From Gammaproteobacteria bacterium (GTDB lineage: Bacteria; Pseudomonadota; Gammaproteobacteria; Pseudomonadales; Azotimanducaceae): a stretch of DNA of 64,000 bases. Shown here in pieces: positions 1 through 8,120 of the stretch; the stretch's first letter is position 1, and every line of letters starts with the position of its first letter. Position numbers and translations under genes: made by a program. The notes beneath the pieces are model-generated. The model saw only the letters and a list, made by a program, of their open reading frames with translations, was not told the DNA's origin and did not search any database. The stretch is from NCBI GenBank assembly GCA_028818795.1, contig JAPPND010000231.1:4892-68891 (forward strand), read 5' to 3'.

Positions 1-1206
1 CACGACGGCTACGCTGCCGCCCGCCAGGCGCTGGCGACGGATCCCAACGACATTATCGACCTAGTCTCGGAAGCCAACCTGCGGGGCCGGGGCGGCGCGG
101 GATTCGGGACCGGCATGAAGTGGGGGTTCACCCGCGGTCCGGCGACGACGCCCGGTGGCAAGTACCTGGTCTGCAACGCCGACGAGATGGAGCCCGGCAC
201 GTTCAAGGACCGGTACTTGATGGAGTACAACCCGCATCTCCTCATCGAAGGCATCATCATCGCCGCGCACGCGATCCACGCGGAGACGGCATACGTCTTC
301 CTGCGCGGCGAATACCACGATCCCTACCGGGAGCTGCAACGTGCCATCGACGATGCCTACGCCAAGGGCTATCTCGGCAAGCGCATCTTCGGCACCGACA
401 TCAACCTGGAACTGCGTATCCACCGCTCCGCCGGACGCTACATCTGCGGCGAGGAAACGGCGCTCCTGAATGCGCTCGAAGGCAAGCGCGCGCAGCCTCG
501 GCAGAAGCCGCCGTTTCCGCCGGCAAGCGGCGCCTGGGGCCGACCGACCATCGTCAACAACGTCGAGACCCTGTGCAACGTGCCGGCCATCGTCCGCAAC
601 GGCGCCGAGTGGTATCAGGACCTCGGCATAGGCGACGACTCCGGGACGAAGATCTACGGCGTGTCGGGTCGCGTGAACAACCCGGGACTCTGGGAACTGC
701 CCATCGGCACCACTATTCGCGAAATCATCGAGGAGCACGCTGGCGGCATGCGCGACGGCTACAAGCTGCGAGGCTTGCTGCCGGGGGGCGCTTCCACGGA
801 TTTCCTCGTCGAGGAACACCTCGACCTCGCCATGGACTACGGCACCATCATGGCCGCCGGCAGCCGCATGGGCACCGGCACCATGATCCTGATGGACGAC
901 TCGATCTGCCCGGTGGACATGTGCCGCAACCTCGAGCATTTCTTCGCCCAGGAGTCCTGCGGCTTCTGCACGCCGTGCCGAGAAGGCCTGCCCTGGGTGG
1001 AGGAACTTCTGACCGACATCGAGGAAGGGCGCGGCAAGGAAGGCGATCTCGAACTCCTGGACCGAAACGCAATGTTCATCGGCGGGACGACGAACACGTT
1101 CTGCCTGCACGCGCCGGGTGCCATGGAGCCGCTGGCCAGCGCACTCAGGTACTTCCGGGACGACTTCGAAGAGCATATTCGCACGGGTCGCTGCCCGTAC
1201 CGGTAA
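1..1206 (+). CDS. nuoF: NADH-quinone oxidoreductase subunit F (5' end lies outside the window)
   Basis: The frame is open from nt 1 (HDGYAAARQAL...GRGGAGFGTGMKWGF). ESCGFCTPCREG matches the 4Fe-4S motif. nuoG-N lie downstream. Confidence 0.95.
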   Translation, partial: HDGYAAARQALATDPNDIIDLVSEANLRGRGGAGFGTGMKWGFTRGPATTPGGKYLVCNADEMEPGTFKDRYLMEYNPHLLIEGIIIAAHAIHAETAYVFLRGEYHDPYRELQRAIDDAYAKGYLGKRIFGTDINLELRIHRSAGRYICGEETALLNALEGKRAQPRQKPPFPPASGAWGRPTIVNNVETLCNVPAIVRNGAEWYQDLGIGDDSGTKIYGVSGRVNNPGLWELPIGTTIREIIEEHAGGMRDGYKLRGLLPGGASTDFLVEEHLDLAMDYGTIMAAGSRMGTGTMILMDDSICPVDMCRNLEHFFAQESCGFCTPCREGLPWVEELLTDIEEGRGKEGDLELLDRNAMFIGGTTNTFCLHAPGAMEPLASALRYFRDDFEEHIRTGRCPYR

Positions 1207-1257
1207 TCGTCGGGGCGCAGCGTCGTTAGGTTGAATGACGCTCTTTTCGGCCCTGCC

Positions 1258-1292
1258 GTGACAGATTCAAAGTCACACTTTGAATCTGTCAC
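1258..1292. repeat. Perfect hairpin or palindrome (16-bp stem, 3-nt loop) between the nuoF stop and the 3' end of the RES toxin gene; possible bidirectional terminator or insertion junction
   Basis: gtgacagattcaaagt-cac-actttgaatctgtcac; the arms are exact reverse complements. It is AT-richer than its surroundings and has no flanking T-tract. Confidence 0.6.
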
Positions 1293-1319
1293 ATGGCGCG
1301 TCCAATCCACCAATACCCA

Positions 1320-1814
1320 CTAACCCCCGCCACCGCCGGACTTCCGCACAAGTCGACGGTCCACAACGGCGGACACGGGGGCCGCGATTTCGATCATGGT
1401 GAAGTCCTCATGTGCCTGGTTGAACAAGACGTTCCGCTCGTAAGGCGACACGGCCGAGGGTACCCATAGAATCGCAGTCCGGCGTCGGTCATGCCAATTG
1501 TCCCCGTAGGCTCGCGTCGCCGCGTGGTCCAGCGTTCCAAGCGGCCTCGGGTCGACGTCGTCGACCTGCTCCTGCTGCATGTCGGCGGGGATAGTGGCTT
1601 CGACGCAGACCAATGCCGGAAGCAGCGCGTTCGTCTGCCAATGAACGAGGTTCTCCAATACCGCGAGCGCATAGGTCTCAGCCGCATGGACAACCTGGCG
1701 ACCGGGACTGATCCAACGGCTGCCCCACCGGTACGTTCCGCTTCCGTCGAAAGGGGGAGAGCGACCATGAACGATTCGATAGACCCGTGTTGCGGCGTCA
1801 TGCCGGAAGGCCAT
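1320..1814 (-). CDS. RES-domain toxin (MbcT/ParT-like NAD-targeting family)
   Basis: 164 aa. GSRWISPGRQVVHAAETYALAVLENLVHW is typical of RES proteins. It overlaps the upstream Xre-like antitoxin gene by 17 nt. Confidence 0.85.
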   Translation of the reverse strand: MAFRHDAATRVYRIVHGRSPPFDGSGTYRWGSRWISPGRQVVHAAETYALAVLENLVHWQTNALLPALVCVEATIPADMQQEQVDDVDPRPLGTLDHAATRAYGDNWHDRRRTAILWVPSAVSPYERNVLFNQAHEDFTMIEIAAPVSAVVDRRLVRKSGGGGG

Positions 1815-2274
1815 GCAGACCCCGTTCGATGATCTCCTCGACCTCGCGTCCGCCGACCTCCGTCAGCGCGACCTCGCAAGGTACCCGGTCGTCCAGTTCG
1901 GGGTGCGGGTTCGCGAGAAAACGGGCCGCTTGATCGGCGTTCTGAAAGGCGAACATCGCCAAGGCATAGAGACGGGCGAGCCGTTGTGTCGTTTCACTGA
2001 CTTGATGATTGAGGCGGTCTGCCCGCTGGTACGTCGCCCTCGGCACGATCTTGTTGCGTAGCCTCGCGCCCGTTGTCGCTCCGACACCTTTCGGTACGAT
2101 CAACATGATGACGCGATCCAGGGATCGTTTCGGAATGCCCTCCGGCACCGCGTCGTCAAGGTCGCGCATGGTCGCGACTTTACGGCCCAGTACCGGCGGT
2201 CCGCCCAATACTGCGGCTATCGTCCCGGCATCGAAGTTCATACCTTGATCCGCAGACTGCCTAAAACGAGGCAA
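1798..2274 (-). CDS. Xre-like/DUF2384 antitoxin partner of the RES toxin
   Basis: 158 aa. The C-terminal ARFLANPHPELDDRVPCEVALTEVGGREVEEIIERGLHG matches the DUF2384 antitoxin pattern. It sits upstream of and overlaps the RES gene. The start could be the internal MNFDAG. Confidence 0.8.
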   Translation of the reverse strand: MPRFRQSADQGMNFDAGTIAAVLGGPPVLGRKVATMRDLDDAVPEGIPKRSLDRVIMLIVPKGVGATTGARLRNKIVPRATYQRADRLNHQVSETTQRLARLYALAMFAFQNADQAARFLANPHPELDDRVPCEVALTEVGGREVEEIIERGLHGLPA

Positions 2275-2283
2275 CTATATGCC

Positions 2284-2693
2284 TCACTGTACCCGTTCAC
2301 GACAGCGGCGCCGGCCACACCAACGCGCAAGGAACAACAGGCCGTAGCGCCGGTAGAGGTCGAAGTGTTCCAGCACTTCGTCCCGGGCATCGACGATGGC
2401 TAGGTCGAGGTCGGCGTTGCGCGCGAGAACCGTCGGAAACGGCGGTTGGGCCGGAAGCCCTCAACCACGACGCGCAGCGGGACGCAGGCTTTGCAGCCGT
2501 CGCAATCCGGCAGGTGGAACGTGCTGCCATTGCGCCGGAACCCCGCCTGGGCCAAGTGCGAGTACACCGTCGGTTTGATGTCCTCGTCGGAGTCCACCAA
2601 GATGGCGTGCGCGATGCGGTCGGGAAAATAGACGCACGGATCGGGACCGACCACGAAGGCGTCCACGGGTTTATCGGGTTCGTCAAAGTCCAT
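2284..2693 (-). pseudogene. bpt: Remnant of aspartate/glutamate leucyltransferase (Bpt/ATE family): frameshifted and 3'-truncated
   Basis: The ATE_N-like region is intact from MDFDEP: PCVYFPDR...GFRRNGSTFHLPDCDGCKACVPLRV...FRPNRRFRR. Homology then continues in another frame (VLARNADLDLAIVDARDEVLEHFDLYRRY) after a shift near nt 2430-2436. It is lost about 130 codons early, next to the TA module. Confidence 0.65.
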
Positions 2694-2805
2694 CGCGCAG
2701 CATCCGGCGACATCGACGCCGCAGTCGGTGTTAGTGTCCCACCTACGCGGCGCGGTGTAGCCCCCAACCCCCCGCGTCGACGGCCGAAGCCTCAGGGAGA
2801 GACCC

Positions 2806-4179
2806 ATGGACCGATTGAACTCCGTCATCGACTCGATCAACGCCTTCGCGTGGGGACCGCCGATGCTCGGCATGCTGGGCGTAACCGGCGTGTTGCTGAC
2901 CCTGGGCCTGGTGTTCATGCCCTGGCGCAAGATCGGCTACGGCTTCCGGCTCCTCTTCGACCGGTCCGATCCGACCGGCTCGGGGGAGGTCAAACCGTTC
3001 AACGCGTTGATGACGGCGCTCTCGGCAACCGTCGGTACCGGGAACATCGCCGGCGTCGCCACGGCCATCGCATTGGGCGGGCCGGGTGCGATCTTCTACA
3101 TGTGGCTTATCGCGCTCTTCGGCATGGCCACGAAATACGCCGAAGCGGTGTGCGCCGTCGAGTACCGGGAGGTGGACAAGAACGGCAAACACGTCGGCGG
3201 GCCCATGTACTACCTGCGCAACGGGGTCGGGCAGTTCGCTCCGGAACTCGGCAAGTGGCTGGGGCTCGCGTTCGCCGTCTTCGGCGCGGTGGCAGCGTTC
3301 GGCATCGGCAACGCCGTGCAGGTCAACTCCATGGCGGCGGCCCTTGGCAACAGCTTCGCCGTTCCCCCCTGGGCGACCGGAGTCGTCGTGGCAGCGCTGG
3401 TGGGGGTTGTCATCATCGGCGGCATTCGGCGCATCGGGGAGGTGGCGGGCAAACTGGTGCCGGCGATGGTCGTGCTCTACGTCGGCGCCGCGCTGGTCAT
3501 CATTCTCATCAACATCGTCGACGTGCCGGCGGCGTTCGGATTGATCTTCACCCATGCCTTCACGCCCGCTGCGGCGAGCGGCGGATTCGCCGGTGCGGCG
3601 GTGGCGGCCGCGATCCGGTTCGGTGTCGCCCGGGGCGTGTTCTCCAACGAGTCGGGCCTCGGCTCGGCCGCCATCGCTCACGCGGCGGCGCAGACCAACA
3701 GTCCGGTCCGGCAGGGGATCATCGCGATGCTCGGCACGTTCATCGATACCCTGGTCGTGTGCACGATGACAGCACTGGTGATCCTGACGTCCGGCGCCTG
3801 GACGATGACCGGCGCCGATGGCGGCGGCTTGACCGGCGCGGTACTGACGTCGACCGGCTTTCAGAGTTCCATCATCGGCGGCCAGTACATCGTCACCATT
3901 GCGCTCGCGATCTTCGCGTTCACGACGATTCTCGGCTGGTCGTACTACGGCGAGCGGTGTTGGCAGTACCTGTTCCGGGAGAAGAGCCTGTGGATCTACC
4001 GCAGCCTGTGGGTCGCCGCGGCGTTGGCGTTCGCCAACGTCAAGGTCGACCTGGTCTGGAACCTGTCGGACACGCTGAACGGCTTGATGGCGATCCCGAA
4101 CCTCGTCGGACTGCTGCTCCTCGCGCCCATGGTGTTCAAGGTTACGCGGGAGTACTTCGACTCCCGGGGATCCGGCTAG
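2806..4179 (+). CDS. Sodium:alanine (amino acid) symporter, AGCS family
   Basis: 457 aa, multi-TM. SATVGTGNIAGVATAIALGGPGAIFYMW and FSNESGLGSAAIAHAAAQT are typical AgcS motifs. Confidence 0.9.
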   Translation: MDRLNSVIDSINAFAWGPPMLGMLGVTGVLLTLGLVFMPWRKIGYGFRLLFDRSDPTGSGEVKPFNALMTALSATVGTGNIAGVATAIALGGPGAIFYMWLIALFGMATKYAEAVCAVEYREVDKNGKHVGGPMYYLRNGVGQFAPELGKWLGLAFAVFGAVAAFGIGNAVQVNSMAAALGNSFAVPPWATGVVVAALVGVVIIGGIRRIGEVAGKLVPAMVVLYVGAALVIILINIVDVPAAFGLIFTHAFTPAAASGGFAGAAVAAAIRFGVARGVFSNESGLGSAAIAHAAAQTNSPVRQGIIAMLGTFIDTLVVCTMTALVILTSGAWTMTGADGGGLTGAVLTSTGFQSSIIGGQYIVTIALAIFAFTTILGWSYYGERCWQYLFREKSLWIYRSLWVAAALAFANVKVDLVWNLSDTLNGLMAIPNLVGLLLLAPMVFKVTREYFDSRGSG

Positions 4180-4197
4180 TCCGGATGCCCCTCCGCC

Positions 4198-5361
4198 TCA
4201 GGCCAAGTCGCGCAGCCTTTCGAGAAAGCGCTGCTTGCGTTCGTGGCGCTTGCGGAGGGCGTTCAGGCGATTGGCGAAGTCGGCCATCGCGCCGTCTTCA
4301 TCCGCCAATGTGCGCAGATCGAATATCAAGCCGGCCGCCCGGTCGTAGCCGGCTGCGTTGCGCCTTCCGACTTCGGCTTCGACCTCGCGCCAGACATCCT
4401 TCCCCCGTCGGCGGAGGGCTGCCAGATGCGTCCGCCTCGCCTGCTCCGCCAGGCGCTCCTGGCGCAGGCGTTCGTCGCGGCGGCGCGCCGCGGCAGCGGT
4501 CTCGCGTTCCTTGCGGATTGCCCTGGCGCGGTTGCGCAGCGCGGCTGCGGAGCGCAAGGTCGGCGACCCCAGCCCCAGTGACAGGGCGCTTCGAACCCGG
4601 CTGCGCAACTCCGCGGCCACATGCGGATCGCTCTCGGCAAGCCGGAGCAGCATCGCCGTCTTCTGCGACTCGGGCATACCCGCAATCACCGTGCGAAGGC
4701 GCATGGGGGAGGACCCCCGTTCGTGTGCGTTCGCAGGTGCCTCAGCCGCTGCCCGCACAAGGTCTTCGTCGATGCGGAAGAAGCCCGCGAAGGCTTGCAG
4801 GCCGCCGTTCAAGGGCGCGATGCCCGGCAAGGGTTCCAATGCATCGTCGCGGAGACTGCCGCTCTCCACCCCGGCCAGCCACAGAAGGTAGGGAAGCCGC
4901 CAGTCGCCGGACAGCAGGTCAGCCCGCAGCGGGGCCATCGCGCCGAGCCAACCGGAGCCATCGTCCCAACCGCGGTCCACGGCGTCTTCGCCGTCGGAGC
5001 AGATGTCGAGGATCAGGTTGTCTCCCGCCTCGAGGACTTCCGCCAGGTCCGTGCCCATCAGCCAAGCGTCGAGCCGGTCTTGATCGACCAACCGCTTCGG
5101 CAGCCGGATCATCAACTGGCGCGTTCCCCAGTTGGCGACGTAGAGATGGAGGTCGAACCAGCGTTCCACGAGTTTGCGCGGCGATCCCTTGAAGTCGCCC
5201 CATTCGTAGTGGTTGGTGAAGCTCGTCGCCGTGATCTGCGCTCGCGAGGACAGCCTCCGCAGCGCCTTCCGATCCGCCTCGTCGAGCGGCTTGTCGATGG
5301 CTTGAAACTCGTAGTACTGGTACTCGCTCAACGCTTCACTCCGAAATGGCCGGTCGCACAC
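4198..5361 (-). CDS. Conserved hypothetical protein (N-terminal YQYYEFQAIDKPL-type family, Arg/Glu-rich coiled C-terminal half)
   Basis: 387-aa ORF with protein-like composition. From memory, similar N-termini occur in hypothetical proteins usually next to SWIM/MoxR/VWA genes. The start codon is uncertain. Confidence 0.65.
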   Translation of the reverse strand: MCDRPFRSEALSEYQYYEFQAIDKPLDEADRKALRRLSSRAQITATSFTNHYEWGDFKGSPRKLVERWFDLHLYVANWGTRQLMIRLPKRLVDQDRLDAWLMGTDLAEVLEAGDNLILDICSDGEDAVDRGWDDGSGWLGAMAPLRADLLSGDWRLPYLLWLAGVESGSLRDDALEPLPGIAPLNGGLQAFAGFFRIDEDLVRAAAEAPANAHERGSSPMRLRTVIAGMPESQKTAMLLRLAESDPHVAAELRSRVRSALSLGLGSPTLRSAAALRNRARAIRKERETAAAARRRDERLRQERLAEQARRTHLAALRRRGKDVWREVEAEVGRRNAAGYDRAAGLIFDLRTLADEDGAMADFANRLNALRKRHERKQRFLERLRDLA

Positions 5362-5572
5362 GCAGGCAGCGCAAAACGGCCCGCACAGCGTCTCCGCGAA
5401 GCGGTCTTGGACGGTGCCGCTGCCCTGCGACAGTGCAGCGCATGGTCGTTTGGCGGGGCGATGGCGTCAACCCGGTCACGAACCGCCTCTTCCGTCCCGC
5501 CGCACCGCTTGCAGGCTCCCCGACCAGGCCCACGGGTATACTTGCGGGACGGCGACGCGGGTGACCACCACG

Positions 5573-6859
5573 ATGGCGGGGGATCGAATGGACTGGCGCG
5601 GGAAGCTGGCGCGTTGGGCGAACGTCGGCGAGCGGGGCGCACCGGTGGCGTTCGCGGGCCGGCAGCGCGAGATCGACCTCGCGATCAGGCAGCTCGAGGC
5701 CTGGCAACCCGGAACGACGCCAGGTCGGACGGTTGTCGCCCAGGGTGCGCCGGGTGCGGGCAAGACTGCACTCTTAGGCGAGATCGCGCGTCGTCTGCCC
5801 GAACGGTTGCCCAATGCCGAAGCCATATACATGCCGACCCCCTGGATCGACGACAACGTGCCGAACGTACTTGAAGAACTCGCCGTGAAGATGGCGGGGC
5901 TTCCGGCGGACGCTCTACGCACGACCAAAGGCTCGGAGACGGTGGCCGGGGTCAAGGCCGTGGCCACGGCCCGGCACGCCGGATCCCGCTCGGTTTCGCC
6001 GCCCACGCTGCAAACCTGGCGCGCGTTCAGCCGGGAGTTCGAGCGGGTTGCCCACCGGATGAACCCGACGCTGCTTCTGATCGACGAGATTCAGCGCATC
6101 GGCGAGGGGGAGGCGACTAGGGATATGCTCTATAACCTGCACGACCAGACGACGTTCCCCGTGGTGCTGGTTTGCGGCGGCTTGTCCACGTCCGCCGCCC
6201 GACTCGGCGAGGTCGGCTTGTCGCGGCTCGACGAAGGCAGCATCCTGCGCATCGATGCGCTAACGGCTGCAGAGGCGCAGCGAAGCCTCGAAGAGTCGCT
6301 CGGCATCATGGCCGACGACATGGGCGGCATCGCCGGCCACCCGGACCGTTGGGCGCGTGCGCTTGCGCCGCCGACGCAAGGTTGGCCGCAGCACGTCACC
6401 TGCCACTTCCGGGCAGCGGCGGAGGCGCTGTTGGCCTCGGATCGTCTGGCATTCGACGACGCCAACCTGCGCGACGCACTCGCCCGCGCGGAAGAAAACA
6501 TGCGGCATTACTACGACCGCCGACTGGAGGCGTCGCGGACCCAGCCGATGGTCGTCTACGCCGTACACGAGGCGATCAAGGCCCGGACGACGCGGCGGAC
6601 GGATGCCATGGCCGTGGTGGACGCCGTGCGTGGGTTGCTCGGTCGCCACGACGCGGAGGACCACGACGCGATCTTCCGACGTGCGGGCGACTGCATCAAC
6701 CAGATGCTCTACGCCGGAGTGGTCGCCTATGCGACGAACGTAACGACATCGCCCTTGAGCATTCCCATCCCTTCCATGGCGGCGCATATCGCCGGGCTGC
6801 TGACGACGGAGCAGCGTGATGCCGTTCGCCGCGCAATCGGCCCGGCCATCGCGCACTGA
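5573..6859 (+). CDS. AAA/ORC-Cdc6-like P-loop ATPase, function unknown
   Basis: Walker A is GAPGAGKTAL and Walker B is LLLIDEIQRIG. The start was set at ATG 5573 (MAGDRMDW); the upstream part of ORF 5414 looks non-coding. Confidence 0.75.
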   Translation: MAGDRMDWRGKLARWANVGERGAPVAFAGRQREIDLAIRQLEAWQPGTTPGRTVVAQGAPGAGKTALLGEIARRLPERLPNAEAIYMPTPWIDDNVPNVLEELAVKMAGLPADALRTTKGSETVAGVKAVATARHAGSRSVSPPTLQTWRAFSREFERVAHRMNPTLLLIDEIQRIGEGEATRDMLYNLHDQTTFPVVLVCGGLSTSAARLGEVGLSRLDEGSILRIDALTAAEAQRSLEESLGIMADDMGGIAGHPDRWARALAPPTQGWPQHVTCHFRAAAEALLASDRLAFDDANLRDALARAEENMRHYYDRRLEASRTQPMVVYAVHEAIKARTTRRTDAMAVVDAVRGLLGRHDAEDHDAIFRRAGDCINQMLYAGVVAYATNVTTSPLSIPIPSMAAHIAGLLTTEQRDAVRRAIGPAIAH

Positions 6860-6872
6860 TCTCCGTCCATCG

Positions 6873-7841
6873 ATGTTCGGCCTCGCCGACCTGGAAGCGG
6901 CACAACGCATCGTCGCGGCTGCGATGCCGCCGACGCCCCAATACCGATGGCCGGGCCTCTGCCGCCGCACCGGCTGCGAGGTCTGGGTAAAGCACGAGAA
7001 CCACACCCCCACCGGCGCGTTCAAGGTACGCGGCGGTCTTGTGCTGCTCGACGAACTCGCGCAGGCGGGCAAGCTGCCGCAAAGGATGGTCACCGCAACC
7101 CGGGGCAACCACGGTCAGAGCGTGCCCTTCGCCGCCGTTCCGCGGGGTGTCGCGGTCAGCGTGTTCGCGCCCAAGGGCAACAGCGTCGAGAAGAACGCCG
7201 CGATGGTGGGTTGGGGCGCTGAACTCATCGAGTTCGGCAGCGACTATGACGAGGCGCGTCTCGAGGCAGTTCGCTACGCGAAGTCCGAAGGAGGGGTCTA
7301 CGTGCCGCCGTTCCACCCGGCGTTGGTGCGCGGCGTCGCGACGTATGCGCTCGAACTCTTCACGGCCGTGGCGGATCTCGACGTCGTATACGTCCCCATC
7401 GGCATGGGGTCCGGCATCTGCGGGCTGATCGGGACGCGCGATCTGCTCGGATTGAAGACCGATATCGTCGGCGTGGTGGCGGCGCAGGCGCCGGCGATGG
7501 CACGGAGTTTCGCGGCGGGACGGGTCGTCGAGTCCAACGCCGCCGATACCTTCGCCGACGGTATGGCTTGCCGCATGCCCATGGACGAGGCACTCGATAT
7601 CGTGCGACGCGGCGCCGCGCGCGTTGTCGAAGTCGACGAAGCGTCGATCGCCGAGGCCATGCGAGTCCTGTACCGTGAAACCCACAACGTCGCGGAAGGC
7701 GCCGGGGCGGCGGCTCTCGCGGGATTGATGCATGAACGGGGCGCCGTTGCGGGCAAGCGCACCGGGGTCGTCCTGTCCGGCGGCAACGTCGACGCGACGG
7801 TGTTCCGGGAGGTGCTCGACGGTCGGATCCCCCGACCCTAG
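6873..7841 (+). CDS. PLP-dependent threonine/serine dehydratase-like enzyme
   Basis: VWVKHENHTPTGAFKVRGG carries the PLP lysine motif. GMGSGICG resembles the phosphate-binding loop. 322 aa counted from ATG 6873. Confidence 0.85.
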   Translation: MFGLADLEAAQRIVAAAMPPTPQYRWPGLCRRTGCEVWVKHENHTPTGAFKVRGGLVLLDELAQAGKLPQRMVTATRGNHGQSVPFAAVPRGVAVSVFAPKGNSVEKNAAMVGWGAELIEFGSDYDEARLEAVRYAKSEGGVYVPPFHPALVRGVATYALELFTAVADLDVVYVPIGMGSGICGLIGTRDLLGLKTDIVGVVAAQAPAMARSFAAGRVVESNAADTFADGMACRMPMDEALDIVRRGAARVVEVDEASIAEAMRVLYRETHNVAEGAGAAALAGLMHERGAVAGKRTGVVLSGGNVDATVFREVLDGRIPRP

Positions 7842-7855
7842 AGCGGTCCCGATGC

Positions 7856-7884
7856 TTGCCCAACACGCCCTCGGTCTGTATTGT
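7856..7884 (+). promoter_or_regulatory. Candidate sigma70-type promoter for the re-started nuoG-N transcription unit
   Basis: TTGCCC-N17-TATTGT, about 240 nt upstream of nuoG. Found by eye only. Confidence 0.25.
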
Positions 7885-8120
7885 GGCGCGGTTTTCGCGC
7901 TCCGCCTCCTTGAAGCCATTTCGCCGTGGAGGACGGGCAACGGTACGAGGCAGCGGTTGGCCGCAATCACAGGAGGGGCTGGTGCCTGAATCGGAGTGGT
8001 GCGCGCCGCCCCGGACATCCCGTTTCTGCAAGCTCGACCACCGTGCGTTCTTGCGCGCGAGCGAATCCGAGACCTCCCATGCCGTGACGTTCTTGGCGAC
8101 CGCCGCGGGGCAATAGCGCA

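Noticed and set aside
2514-5192. An 892-aa ORF on the plus strand, and similar very long ORFs (for example 61-1176 minus, 12744-13985 minus, 6696-8228 minus, 55609-56289 plus).
   Set aside because: Their translations are Arg/Pro/Gly/Ala-rich and low-complexity with no motifs. They overlap well-supported genes in other frames or on the other strand. This is the typical stop-codon-poor artefact of about 65-70% GC DNA.
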